Positions 1 to 13,409 of a stretch of DNA of 64,000 nt are shown here, in pieces. Source of the DNA: Amphiscolops sp. MND2022 (taxonomy: Eukaryota); contig OZ076413.1 in assembly GCA_964187785.1 (NCBI GenBank), positions 47,370,001 through 47,434,000 of the forward strand, given 5' to 3'. Every line of letters begins with the position of its first letter. Position 1 is the first letter of the stretch. The position numbers were made by a program, and so were the translations under genes. Under the pieces are notes generated by a model, which did not search any database, was not told the DNA's origin, and saw only the letters and a list, made by a program, of their open reading frames with translations.

Positions 1-3000
1 TTGAAAAAATTTGGCATAAAATATGGGAAAAAAGATTATGCAGAAAATAGGCGTTTTCATACTTTTGAGGAAACAAAAAAAATAAAGTCAAACGAACTTG
101 ATAATAGAGAAGCTAGTTATTTTCTTTCTGTAATCTTATTTCCCTTTGTTTCGTCTGAAATCGAATTCGCAAGCTGAGAAAACGTCACCCACTTGATTCT
201 TAAAATGTGTAATTTCAATTTTTCCCAATCTTCAATCACGTTGTGTTTTCTTTATTTTTTCCGTAATTTGTCTCATTAAATTGCCCTTCCTACGAAAAGA
301 GCATACGTTTACAACAAAAGAACAAAATTCACACAAATTCTGCTCACAAAATGCAAGGGGAGAGTATTCCCATTGTTCAAAAAGCTGAATGGGGAAAGCT
401 GCTTTTTGACGCTTAGTGTGCGACATGTTTAACACAGCAATTACAAGCTTCTTATTTTCCGTATTTGTCACAAAAATTGTAGTTTTAGCACGAGAATTTT
501 GATATTTTTTCCTCCACAACTTCTTGCCAATAGCTATTAAAACTGCTGGGAAGTATCTCTTCGTGGTTTCAAGCCGTAAATATATATATCCTGGAAATGT
601 AGAAGAGAGACCAAAGGGTCCCCACTTCAAGATTTTTCAGAACTCTTATTTTCCCGAAGGTTGTTTTTACTCACTTTCAGTTATTCTTTTGAACGTTTTT
701 TGAGCCTAAAAGGTCACACATTTCGGCAATTTCGGTTTTTTTCTTGCAACAATTTTTTGGGGTTCGGGGATTTTTCAGTTGAGAAATGAATTTTTCACCC
801 TGAAAGGTCACCTTTGGAATTTTTCTGTTGTAAAAGTAGTATACACAAAAATCACAGACCCGCTGCGTCGTTTTTGGGGCTCGAGCTTTGCGAGGTGCCC
901 ATATGGGGACGTTTTTTTTTCGCAGATTTCGTGACATATGCCAACTTGTGAAGTAAATTCCTCAAAACTGACAATAGATATGAATACCATGTTTTCGCTA
1001 AAAGTTGCGCAAGATCCTAGGCTACATTTTTGCCGAAAAAAATTTTGAAACAATTCGGCTTCTCTGGTTTTTTCGAAAAGAAGTTTTGAAAAACCGCAAT
1101 TTTCGAGTGTTTTTCATCTTTGATCCCCTATATCTTAAAACTGAGACTGAAAATAGGATCCATGGTTTCGTAAATTGTACAAGCGTTTCATAGGCTACAT
1201 TTTAGCCGAAAAATGACGTCAAAATTGTTTTTCATACTTGGTTTTTTGGGCAAAAAAGAGTTTAAAAAATGTTGAAAATTTTGTTCTTATTTGTAACTCA
1301 TTATTCTCAAAACTTATACACGACACAGAAACAATTCTTTTTCGAGAAAAACAGCATAGATGTAGGCTTCACAAAGTGAGGCAAAGTGAGGCAAGGATGT
1401 AGGTTAATTTTTGTACTATCAAAGTTTTCGTCATGAAGTATGCCGCTTTCGGCTTTCTGCCAGAAATACATTTTTTCGTTTTTCTCAAGAAAGTTTTCCG
1501 TGATCTTTTTAGTTCCTTCATCAAATTATCCTGATCTGAAACTAAATACGTTCACTAGGTTTTGGGTCCTGGTATATACTCGTTTTGTCGCACCTTCTTC
1601 GGACCTTTGAACGTTTCTGCTCGAGCCCAAGTGCGACATGCCGTCGCGCCTATGTTTTCATTTTGTAACCAAACCTCGGAGATTTTGTTACACAACGCGT
1701 CAAAACTTTGAATGATGTCACAGCACTGCATTTTTCTTCGACTTGATTTTCGCCTCTAGTTCCCTTACAGATTAGTTTTATGTTGAACGTTTGAAAATTG
1801 CACTCCAAAGAGATGATGAACATTGTCAAAGAAAAATCCAATAGCGGACAACCTTATTAAAAAATTGCACCAGATTTGGGATTGAGTAAATCACCTGTTG
1901 CTTTTATGGCAGAAAGCAATTATGGCGTTAAACATGGAACTCAAGGGTGACCCAGAGTCACTATAAAAGTGCATGATTTGCGGATGAAACGAGAAGTTGT
2001 CCGATTGAAGTAACATCAAGAAAATGTCACATCCAGAAAAACTTTTAAAAGTCTGTAATACGGAAGCTGTTAGAAGTACAATACAGCGGGCACTGAAACG
2101 CTTTGGCTTTATCTGTCAAACGGTGGTTTGGTCCGGCGTCGTTTGATTTGAGATTGCTTTCAAGCCCAATAAAGTCACTTCTAAATGTCTCGCTTAGCGG
2201 CAAGCGGCTAGCGGCTAGCGGCTAGCGGTTATGATTTGAGGAGGCGAACGACCTATCTACAGAGATTTTTTTCACTAGATTATGTGTAATGTCGTGGCTA
2301 ATGACTTTCGAACCTACTGAAGTTCATCAGAAAAGGATGCTTAGTCAAAGCTATTTTCAGACAATCGATATTTTCAGTAGCTTTGGTTACAAGTAGCTTT
2401 TGAAACCATGTTTCTGGTCGTTTCTGGCTCCACGTCAACACGGTATTTTGAACAGAACAATTTTTATTAACAATTTATACAGCACTAAATTGTTTCGAAG
2501 CCCGACTCAAAATTGTGAATTTTTTTCGCCAAATTTTCCAAAAACTTCAAGTTCTTCGTGCAAGTCGGGTTCCCTTTTGATTCGGAAGAGAGATATTTCC
2601 ATGTCTCCCAAGGACGGTGAGTGTTTCAGCCATTATAGTTTGTATCTTCCGGGGCAACTGATACATCATTGGGTTGAATGAGAAGCGCATGATAGATAGC
2701 TATTTATCAGATGTGTGTAACGGTCTGATCAACTTTCGGTGGGTGAAAACTGATAGATGGAACTGGGCTGAAGCAAAAAAGAACAATTTTAGTATGATTT
2801 TGATTATGTTGTGAGTACTACTTTCCGCCCAAATTTGGACAAGAAAGCTCTTCCGTTTTTCGCCACGATGTAATTTTCTACCCAAAGATAAAGATTCTTC
2901 CACAGAATCCAACTACCAAAAACTTCCGTTCATAGCATATGCATTTTTGTTGACATTTGAACTTTTTGAAAAAAGTGCCCGAAATGAGGCAAAACTGCTA

Positions 3001-3575
3001 ATATAAAAAAGTTTGACCATTCCATGCTATTTTGGTACACCTTTTGAATGTTTTTTTTTTGGGTATAAATTTTTAATGTTAGCGGAAAAAGTTCCGGTTT
3101 ATTAAACGTTATAACAAGCTTGGTGAGTAGATGGGATCATAACACTGCCAAACATGATGATTTTTGAAGGTAAAAAATTGGGACACTTGGTTTTTTGTTG
3201 GGATATTGTTTAAAGATATTCACAGAGCACAACTTGAAAATATTTAACAGGTTCCACTCGTACCGAAAGAAAATGGGACAAGAAATGACACCTCTCATAA
3301 AAATTTTCATATCTTCGAGGATAACGGCCAAAACCAACTTTATAAATGGAAGCGATATAACTAACTACATATAAAATAACGACACAGAAATTTAAAAATA
3401 GAGTGAAAGCGCCACAACGTAAGTTAATTTGTTTGTAACTGGACTTCGTCCTGGCAAAGTTTGGATATTTTGCTTTTTCAATTTGAGGAAAAAATGTTTT
3501 TTAGTCTCAAGGGTGCTAAACTAGCGCAAAGGATCCACCTTTCATTTTTTCTTCTTTAAAGTAACAGAAAACCTG

Positions 3576-3987
3576 ACAAGACGAAAAGGCCCCTTTTGAT
3601 TTGTTTTGGCGCTGAAACTTTTTCCTCGAAACTTTTTCATTGTTTCTAAAGGGTCCGGTAACTTTTCAATTTTTTGATCTTTTGCGTGCCACGAAATGGA
3701 TGTTAAAAATGCTCAAAGGGTCGCAAAGAAAACATATCGTTTTACCCGATTTCGTGACGTTATATCCAATTTATATTGCGTTTTACTAAGGAAGAGTCGG
3801 AGGTTCGATAAAAAGCGCTCCGTTTTCCCAGCACAGTATATCTCTATATTTCCGAGCACGAAAGGCCCTTTTTGGGTGTTTCGACACGTGTTTGTGTGTT
3901 TTCCATAAAAAAATTCATTGCATAGTTTGAAAATTCTGTGCTTTTTGATCCTTCAGTGGGGCCTCGACTGAAGATATCCCGTCTTGT
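3576..3987. mobile_element. Short non-autonomous element, possibly Helentron/HINE-like
   Basis: Inverted ends ACAAGACG (3576-3583) and CGTCTTGT (3980-3987), plus a subterminal hairpin CTTCAGT...ACTGAAG (~3951-3973). The element at 18160-18825 has a similar GCGTCTTGTT end. Confidence 0.4.
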
Positions 3988-4073
3988 TTGGATATACGTG
4001 TACTGGTCACCAGCCTGTTCACAAAAAACAAACATTCGTTCAAAAGATCGCACAAAATATGGCAAAGTTTTGA

Positions 4074-4676
4074 TTAACTAGTGTCGTGACTCTTGGTCAA
4101 TATGTCATGATCTTCGTCACTTGATTGGGAAACATCAGAGTTTCCACTAAAGTAGTCTCGTCGACTACTATTAGCCAAAATAGGCTTTGAGTTCATTTTC
4201 AATGCATTTCTAGCATTTTTCTCTCCGGCGGTCCTGTTTAGTCTACCGGACCTCTGGTCCATTTCTTCCCGAAACACAGAATTTTGATTAGTCATGGTAT
4301 TTTGGATATTTGGAAGGTTTCTCTCATTGATTAGTGAATTTATAGTCTCAGCTATTTGGGAATTTAAGTCGCTTTTCAATTCCTCCATTTTCCTGGAAAC
4401 TTCTGAATTTACTAGCCTCACGGTCTCAATAGTAGATTCACTGTTTTCCCTACTATTTGAATTTGAAAGCGATCTGAAATCCTCGCTATTTTGGACTACG
4501 TCCTGTCTAGTCCTGTCAGACCCAAGGTCCACTTCATCATTTCTATCGTCGGAATTAACTTCTAATTGATTTCTTGAGTACGAACCCAACATTACGTCTA
4601 GATTCTCTACACCAGACATCAAGTCCACTTGCCTTCAGCTCCTTCCTTTCGCTCTTTGTTTTCTAGTGGAAGGCAT
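4074..4676 (-). pseudogene. gag: LTR-encoded Gag N-terminal fragment with a premature stop
   Basis: From the ATG at 4676 it reads MPSTRKQRAKGRS*RQVDLMSGVENLDVMLG, homologous to MPTTRKQKKTRKSRGLEILSDIENLDIMLG at 47334. Ends ...HD at the LTR boundary, as in the large element. Confidence 0.8.
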
Positions 4677-7135
4677 AAGAGATTATTGCAAGAGGTAAGA
4701 ATTTAAATTAATTTTCTTAAGCTTGCAAACACAGTTTATTTGAACGGATTTATCAAACAGTTTATAACAGCGTCAGAACAATTGTGTTCCCCGGGACTAC
4801 GAGTCCCGGTTATTTATATGCAACACTGCATGACACTCAATATTTTAACAGTCATGAACTGAAAATAGCCTTAAGGGCTTTCTAAACATAGCCAATGCTA
4901 TAAATAGTAACAAGCATCATCATGACGCTATATACATCAAAGGGCCTTTCCGACAGTTAACATGGCGGGAAGCCCGTGAGTCCATACGGACAATAAACGA
5001 TTTACATGCATAAAACTAAACAGGATACATGTATTTCAACACTCGTTAGGATTGCATGAATTATATGAAGATGCACTGATAGCACGTTGTCTGTCGTAGT
5101 TCATAAGTCCTTTGAGGACTAATAATGCATCATATGGGAAATTAAAGCACCAACAATTATGCAATTGATAATATTCACCAGCTAGCGCTTTTAATTTAGT
5201 TACGGACTCAGCGTCCCATAGACATGAACGGACAAGCGCTTTATTGACAAGCGACATATGGCCGTCTAATCCTTTGATTAAATAACTCAGTACAGCAACA
5301 AATGAAAGTAATACTGCGCTCTGATTGGTTAATATTTAACCGGACTAGCTGTCCACTAGCCATAAGTGAGAGATTTATTTAGGTGGACAGCCGTGAATGG
5401 CCTTTAAATGAAAGTTAACAGCACTTAAAATGCAAATTAGGACTCAATGTCCGACTGCCGCAAACGTACTGGTTTATTAGTTGACAATCGGTGAACGGCC
5501 ATCACGTCCATTAATTAAAAGCACTAAATCAGAGCACTCATACTAATACTGCAATATGATTGGTCTAAATTAAACCGGACTGGCTGTCCAAGACGACACA
5601 AAGGGACATAAAATAAAATAAGATCACAGGTGGCAGCCTGCGACACTCCCCCTGGCATAAGGAGAAACGTCCCTGCTGACCCCACACTGAAACGGTCCAT
5701 GTGGTTGTCTTCATCGCTTGATAGATTACTGTGCCGTCCAACTTTGGTTATTAGGACAATAGGTCTCTTGAATGATGTCCGAAACACATTGCAATCATTT
5801 TATATGCTGTAACGAGGTCATTTTACATGTATAGAAGCAACAAACTATATGGCCTTCATGTCCACAACATTTTGCAACACTCATAATACATGTGACATGG
5901 TTACATAATAATCTTCGTTAGTGGGTAAAATATCGGGTGGGGACTATTTTACTAACATCAAGGATTCGTGGACTGTCCTTGGTCAGGGGACACCAAGGAC
6001 TGGTGTCAAAGCATCGATAAGTATTGATTAAAATACATTTCAACTGCTTCATATTAGCGCAAGATTGTCAAGTTAATAGAATTGCTTTAAATAAAGGAAA
6101 GCCACAATGGCTGTCTGTTGTATTAGTACGTCTCTAAATACTGCATGGCCAGCGTGGTTTTTAATTCTGTTTACTGCGTACAATTAATAAGAGCACTGAA
6201 TGGCGGCATGTGATGGGATGATTTGAAATAAGGCCCTGTGGTCCGCTACGACAGGCTGACTACAGCGCGTGACCGTACTCGTACATTTAATTTAATTGAG
6301 CACGTACACGTATTTAATCACAGCACTAATAATATAAATATGTAAGCGCTTCTGATTGGTCAGTCTAAATTTGGACCTGTGGTCCACCGCGCCAAGCCAA
6401 AAGACATTTGAGCAATAATAGTACAGCGCTGGAACAGTAGCATCAAAGTTTTGTAATAATAAGGCCTTGTCGTCCAAGCGCCCTCTACTGCCAAGCTGTC
6501 TACGGCGCATGGCCGTACTCGGTCATTGAATTACAGCAATAGTAAATGAATGAAATACTGCATAATACTAGCATTCAAAAATACAAGTGAACAGCACCAA
6601 CTTTTGAATGACGATTAAGGCCGTAGCCGGCTGTCTGCCGTATCCGGCCTTTTATTTGAAGGCAACAAATAATTAGCACAATAATAGCACAAGTGAATGA
6701 ATAATAAGCGCTGATTGGATAATAAAGTAAAAGGACCACACGTCGATTTGACTAGTTGAGGCGTCCATTGGAACGCGTTTCCTTTCAACGTTCCAGTTAC
6801 TTTTATACTGCAAATTGATATTTCAAGCTTCTAGCTTTCTGGTTTACCTGTGAAATAGATACCAATCATAATAAATTAATGAATGAACTATAATTGTACA
6901 ATATTTTGCATGTTAAGCACAGGAAAACAATTTTAACTATAAGTCGCACTTAGGCGAATGGACCGACGGTCCGTAAAATTTTAAAATTGTATAAATAGAC
7001 AGTTTATAAAGACTAGATGTTTATAAAAGTCGTTCAAACGTGGACTGGCGGTCCACGTGGTCTATAGAGGCAAAACTCCTCTATCGTTTGCCATCACTTG
7101 GTACAAATTCTCATCGCAGACGGCAGCCTGCGACA
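4082..7135 (-). mobile_element. Composite LTR relic (nested or tandem LTRs) related to the 32444-48479 element
   Basis: TG...CA termini with perfect 5-bp TSD ACTAG (4077-4081 and 7136-7140). The LTR start motif GGCAGCCTGCGACA (+ strand) ends at 5645 and 7135 and matches 34174/48479. LTR-end-like TGTCATGA at 4103 and TGTCGTGA at 4082. Confidence 0.8.
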
Positions 7136-7479
7136 ACTAGTACCCGAAATCAGGACAGAAGACTAAAACAGTGAACTACACAATCCGTATACGCCAACTC
7201 AAGTCTCAACGGACCTTCATAGTGTTAAGATGCAAATGCAGTTTCTTCTGAAAAACATAAACTCTGGAATAGTTTTCACATTGTATGAAATATTTCGCCG
7301 GTTAGATTTTTGTTGATGTGTGATCTAATAGATCTGTTCTTTTCATCACTTAGGAACGCTCAGGGTCCTTCGGATACTTTACGTGCTTGTGAACGTTTTC
7401 CGACGTGGCGTGTGGCGACATGTCGCCACGTAGCTCTAAAATCAGGCGCCTCATCGACGTATGGATTTGAATCAACCAA

Positions 7480-9690
7480 TAAAAACGGACAGGGCGAATC
7501 TCGATCACCACAGAGAAGACCTGTAACACTGGAAAACAATTGTTTATTTATGTGCTGGGCACGCAGCAAATAGTGGGATGATTAAAGCCGAAACAGCAAA
7601 AGACATTACGACATCAATTACACAGATCGAAAAGAACTGCGATCTCAAAAACGTAACAACACCAGTCAAACCAAGTTTCCCAAAACTTCCACTACCAATA
7701 GAAGTATCAACAGGGGACTATAGGCTACCAAGAAGTCGAGACAAGACATCCTAACGACATAGATTTTGTCTGCCTTAACACATGAACTGATGTACGATGG
7801 ACCAATCAACTCAAGCGAGGGAAGAATTATTGACGCGTCCACAACTGTAACAAAAACGGACATTATAGACAAACGGAACTTTGACAGAGCAAACAATCGA
7901 TCGAAAAAGTCGAAGGACAGAGAATACAAAATGACAGATTCGCATCTAACTGGAGAAGACAACACTATTGCTCAGCAAAATCTGTTGAATACAGTTTACG
8001 CAAATAAATGGGACACAAAGTAAAGATGTGCCAAGCACCAACAAGGCTCTGTACATTTAAAAAGTCTTCTGGGATAAAGATAATGCATTTAGACCGCGCA
8101 ACGCTGAGAAGAGATGTCTTACACTATTGGTTTACATCGTTTCAATCACAATCATCGCTGATAGTGGATCACCTGTACTCAGAATCCACATCGCTTGTTC
8201 ATTGCAATTACTGAAGGGGTTGAACTTGAAACCGAACACAATGATGTGAGCAATGACAAAATCGTCTTGTTGACCAAGCAACAGCACCGGTAAAAAAAGC
8301 CTTGAAACAGCCGAACTACCATTATTAACTATCAGGCCAAAACGTCACAGTTCTCTCTCGTTTTTGGGTGCAACCGTTCCATATAATAATACAATAAACT
8401 AAAACGTTCATTGCAATCCACAACATAAAAATAGACCGAAGTGAGAAAAAAATTTTGAAGGTGAAAAATACAAAGTGATATATAAAAGACCTGTTTAGCA
8501 ACCATAGGAGAGTAGGAGAGTGACCCTTTTCCATGGGATTAACCTGCAAAGCAGAAGAAAAGGAATACAACAAAAAGGCTGACAAGTTCACGTTCATCTA
8601 CAAGTACAAGCACCTAACCATTTCAATATTGTTTTATTAACTTAGTTTGTTTTGTAAACGCAGCATTAAACATTCTAAAAAGGGCGAATCAATCAAAATT
8701 GCCTTGGACCGTAGAACATCGAAATAAAAACATTGGGAAATGGACGATTGAGTCCCAAATGCAAAAAGCGACAATTGAGTCCCAAAACAAATTGAGTCCC
8801 AAAATAAATTAAATTTAGGGGGTCGACAATTGAGTCCCGCGACAATTGAGTCCCAAATAATTCAGAAATGAAATATTATTATAACGTAGTCAGATATGTT
8901 CACATACCCCTAGTGCCCTAAATGCAGGAGCGAAGCGACGCGGAGCGACGTGCCATATGGCCATGCCTCAATGTTGCTACTTGGCGAAGGGAGCGAAGCG
9001 ACCGAGCCATACAACAAATATGCAACTTGCCTTTTCAATTGTCGCTATTTACATTTGGGACTCAACTGTCGGCATTTGGTAAGTTCGTCAAAGTAATTTG
9101 TTTGGGACTCAATTGTCGCGGGACTCAATTGACGCTTTTTGCATTTGGGACTCAATTTGTATTGGGACTCAATTTGTTTTGGGACTCAATCGTTGCCTCA
9201 CCAAAAACATTAATGCCCAATCCCGAAGAATTGAAACGAAGAAGATCACCCAATATTTCAGAAGGCACTAAACATAAAGTAGCTCCGATTATGCATGCGG
9301 ACAAATCAAGCTAGACAATGAAACAAAATATGTTTTTTTATCGTTTTAGGAGAGAAATTCACACTATACTACTGATCCTCAAGACGTTTCTTTGGAATGG
9401 GTGATATCCCAACAGTTTTTCACGAACGGGTTGACAACATACTCGAATTCAACAGATGATATAATCCGTGTAACGGAAAGCCATAGACAAAAGATTCGCA
9501 AAACGAACTTTCAAGAAAAACAAGGTGTCATCTAAACCCCAAAAATGCAGGCCATTGCAGAATGAACTCGACGCGATAACAAAAAATCAATGACAAAAAC
9601 GAAAAAAATGAATACAATCGCGGGGCAACTCAATATGGAGCAAACTACATAAAAATCAATTTTGTGACTTCGTTTGAATAGATCAAAATG
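7480..9690 (+). pseudogene. Heavily decayed Ty3/Gypsy gag-pol remnant related to the 19823-29344 element
   Basis: Hand-translated fragments: ITQIEKNCDLKN (cf. LIEIEKECNFN), protease TIIADSGSPV (~8148), GIQQKG*QVHVHLQ, ESIKIALDRR, MPNPEEL, DYACGQIKL, FFGMGDIPTVFHERVD..DDII. Many stops and frameshifts; interrupted by the 8735-9202 element. Confidence 0.75.
8735..9202. mobile_element. Foldback/MULE-like non-autonomous DNA transposon
   Basis: Perfect 9-bp TSD AAAAACATT (8726-8734 and 9203-9211); GG...CC ends; modular inverted arms with five ATTGAGTCCC copies on the left and about six GGGACTCAA(T) copies on the right; two GAGCGAAGCGAC copies in the centre. Confidence 0.85.
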
Positions 9691-11918
9691 CATAAAATAA
9701 TGTCAAGTACGGCGTTGTTTTGCAGATGCGTTTTGATTGGAACCCATTAGGAACCCATTACCTTGTTCCGGGGCTAAAGATTAGTGCAGAATGCTCTATA
9801 GATGCTGAGGCATGTTTTCGTTGTACAATTTAGGGTGGTTTGTTTTAATCATAAATTAAAATACGTAGCTCAGTTCATGGTTCATCACATTTTTTCTCAT
9901 AACTTTTCTCCCAGTTTCCAAAAAAATGCCAGCGCACCTTTTGTAACCATGTGAACTCTACTTGGATTCCTTTCTCCAGCAAAATAAACAGTAAATGACA
10001 TTTCGGATCAATGCTGCTTGAAATCGTTATCTGATGAAGTGATTCTGCATGCACATTCCGACATGCTGGAAGACAACCTCTGAGTTTTTTGAGTGCTGTT
10101 CAATCCCTGTGTAAAATGTTTCCCGCTGAAGATGTTTAATTAATTGCAGATGCTAAAGCACGTTTCATACTTTGTACAAGTTAATTCACTTGAGTTTCGA
10201 TGACATTCCCATGAAAAATTCCGAAAGCATGACAGCGAGTTTGAAATTTCTCTTGCGTACAATATAATGGCAATGCAGACTAGTTTCGGAATTTTATTGT
10301 CCAATTTCCTATCTTCAAACAAACTCGGAACTTGAAAAAATCTAAAATTCTGTTGCTATGACTAGACGCTCGCTAATAAATCATGAATATAAAGTCAAAA
10401 GTCATGTGCAAAAATGGACATCTACTTGTACTGTACTAAAGTACTTAATCTGGGACCTCAAAATGATGTAGCTCATTGTGATGAAGGATGTTACGGTTAA
10501 TTTTCTTTTCAATGATTTATTCAAATCCGCAATAAAACATAGCTAACTGTGTTCCAATGCTTTGAAAAAAAGCTGAATAACGCTGAAAACTATGAAATGG
10601 TCGGCTTTTGAAATGCACTACATTTTCAAAAGAATATTGAGTTCTTTTCTGACAACCCCCCCCCCCCCCCCCACTAACATCACCATCAGTTCTTTGAACA
10701 ATTATTGAAAACATTCGAACAAAAAGACTTATTCCAAACCATAAACCTTTAATTGTAAATTTATTTTCAGGGTGACAGTTTACGATCCAGATTCAAACTT
10801 TGTCCACGTATCTCTTTATGAAGTCACGCTTTCTTGATTGATCAGTAAATCAACAGCTTCCTTTTTTGAGTCACACAAAACAGTTAATTGGAAAATAATA
10901 AGCAAAATGTGTGAAAAATGTTTTGGTCAAACGAAAACTCTTCAAGTAGAAGTTAACTTCCTGTTACGAAAAAACATTTCACTTTTGATTAAGCCAGTTT
11001 GAAAACTTTAAAAAAAAAAATTCCCTGACAAACTTTTGATGGTGGGGGCAGAAAGAGCTGAAAAATATATTTTAGAAAGGCAGCAATAGAACAAGAAGCA
11101 TGGAATAAAAAATAACGAACTTATCCAATAAACTTTTCCAATTTTGGATTTCTACTTCGGTAGTTTCCATCTGTGCATTTTTCTTTGCTAAGAGAAAATT
11201 TCCTGGCAAAATCTTGCAAGTTGCAGAATTCAACTTAACGTCATTTTCTTTCCACATTTTCCAGTTGATTTTTTTTTGAAGGTTCAAATATGATTGCTGT
11301 GACCTAAAATATTTCAAGCCTTCTTCGATTACTCTGACATCTGGGATTATTTACGACCTAAGAGCTGTCAAGTTGGTGAAGTTTTCTTCTAATATTTGTC
11401 TCTTGAGGAAAAATTAGCCTGAAAGTAAAAGCTAGCGGCAATTGAAGGCGTCAAAAACAATCTAGAAGTAATATGACTGATGAATAAGGAAACTTGGTCT
11501 TCTATATCGCCCTTAAAAAGTCCAAAAAGTGTCAAATAGTTCAAGTGATAACTTGGCAAAAGGGAAATGATTTGCTTGTAATGTGTTACTAGGAAGGGAT
11601 AAATAAAAGCCAATTTTCATGATATGGGGGGTAACTAGCGAATAACCACAAGCAAAATGAAAAACGATGCATCAAATATGTGTAGAAGCCGCGGCTAGTA
11701 GACATGTCTTTTTTTTCAGTGCCACTTCTATTGAAGGGCAGAGCTATTTGTATAAAGGCTAGTTTCTCAAGTTGAGTTTCTTAGCACAAAAGGTTTCCGA
11801 CTTGACTCGGCAAAGTTTTTTTCTGAAGCCGAGCTTCAACTTTCTAAGATGATGTTCAAGAGCAAGTAACTAAAATATTTGATATTTAAAAAAAAAACAA
11901 AAAATGAAACGTCCTGTT

Positions 11919-12128
11919 CCCAGTGTTCGAAGCCATGGTACCCTTGCCAAGATCCATGGCAAGTTCCTTGCTAGCCTTGCCAAGATCTTGCCATGATCTT
12001 GCCATGTTCTTGACAAGCGTTCCATGTATCATGGTTTGCCATGATCTTGACAAGGGTACCATGGTTAACCATGATTTAGCAAGATTTACCATGATCATGG
12101 CAAGGGTTCCATGGCTTCGAACACTGGG
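11919..12128. mobile_element. 210-bp palindromic MITE
   Basis: ~31-bp terminal inverted repeats (TIRs) CCCAGTGTTCGAAGCCATGG(T/A)ACCCTTGCCA; flanking GTT/GTT duplication; internal CCATG/CAAGATC repeats. Confidence 0.85.
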
Positions 12129-13409
12129 GTTCTTTTTTGGTCGGGATTTTACAATTTCAATCACTTAATATCCGTCATGGGATTTTCTCATGCTGCTATC
12201 GATTGATATCATCTTGGCAGAAATATTGAGTTTTTTACAGAATTTCTATTAATCTAATTTAAATTACATCAAAAAAATGCTCTTTGAAGATATCCATCAA
12301 AAATATATCACGGGCCATTTATACCTAGCCATCTCTAATGTTTAAACACTGTCAACATTGATTTCCAACAACACAGCAACATTGCATAATTTAGGTTCAG
12401 TTGAGGCTCAAATTGACACGATTTGTGAGTTCCGGGGTTTCGAAGGAAAGGATGAAACAGGTGAAACAAGGGTATTTTCTAAGAAGGGAAGGGGGATTCG
12501 AGGATCAAAAAAGGGGTTTCAATGGGGGTGTTATTTATAGCCTGAATTCGTATCCAACATTGAATTGGCTGGCAAAGATCCGGGAGGTATATGGGATTGT
12601 TTTTTCAAGGTTCTCCGCAGGTTTTCCACCCGGTCCATACTAGAATTGTCTTCCAAGGTTTCTTCGTCTACCAGAACCACTGGCTCGATCCTGTTTGCTT
12701 TGGCATTGGGAATGACGTTGGGCGCAGCTGAGACGGCTGATTCCTGGTGGTGTTGCTCTGGGGGGTACCTGGACTCGTTAATTCGATGCAGAGAGTTGGC
12801 AGAAGCAGCGTTCTCATTCACAGAGGCGTGGGAAGATTGTCGCTCCAGTCTTGATACCAGAAGAGACATCTTCTACAACGCAAAAGAACGTTTTTATCCA
12901 AAAAGTTATTCAAAATAATTCATTTCTAAGTAGCATTGTTCTACAAAAATGTCAGAAAGAACAGTTATGCTCTAAAGAAACAAACAATAAACTTCAGTAA
13001 TTATACCTGCAGGATTCAATTTTTGATTTTCTATTCTACTGTAAAGAGTATTATGGTAGCAAATGGATCGTAGCTAGCACCCCAACATCATTCCAGAACT
13101 TCATAGGGTCCAAAGCAGGACTTGAAAATAATGCAAGAAACTACGAACTTGAATCATATTCCCCTGTGGCGATTTTGGCAATAAAAGTTGAGTTCTCAAA
13201 AAAGTTCATGCGATATTTCTCTTCAGAGAACGGAGAACTATCACATGAAAACTGTTCAAGGTTGAATATGCGTAGAAGTAACACTTTGAAAATCTGTGAT
13301 AATCGAAGTTTCTCTATGAATGACTAAAACTTTGTTTGCAGAGCTTTTTCTCTCACAGTCATGATTAAAAGTTGTCAATGACAGTAATTCTTTCAAAATT
13401 AACGATAAT

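Noticed and set aside
2204..2228. (GCGGCTA)n microrepeat; also (TGCAG)n near 52272
   Set aside because: Simple short tandem repeats with no further structure.
2295..2340. Minus-strand CTGATGA...CGAAA hammerhead-like core
   Set aside because: No convincing stem I, stem III or cleavage triplet.
8744..9193. CRISPR-like short repeats
   Set aside because: Inverted arms with irregular spacing, a 9-bp TSD, eukaryotic context and no cas genes.
11886..12168. ORFs on both strands
   Set aside because: By-product of the palindromic MITE.
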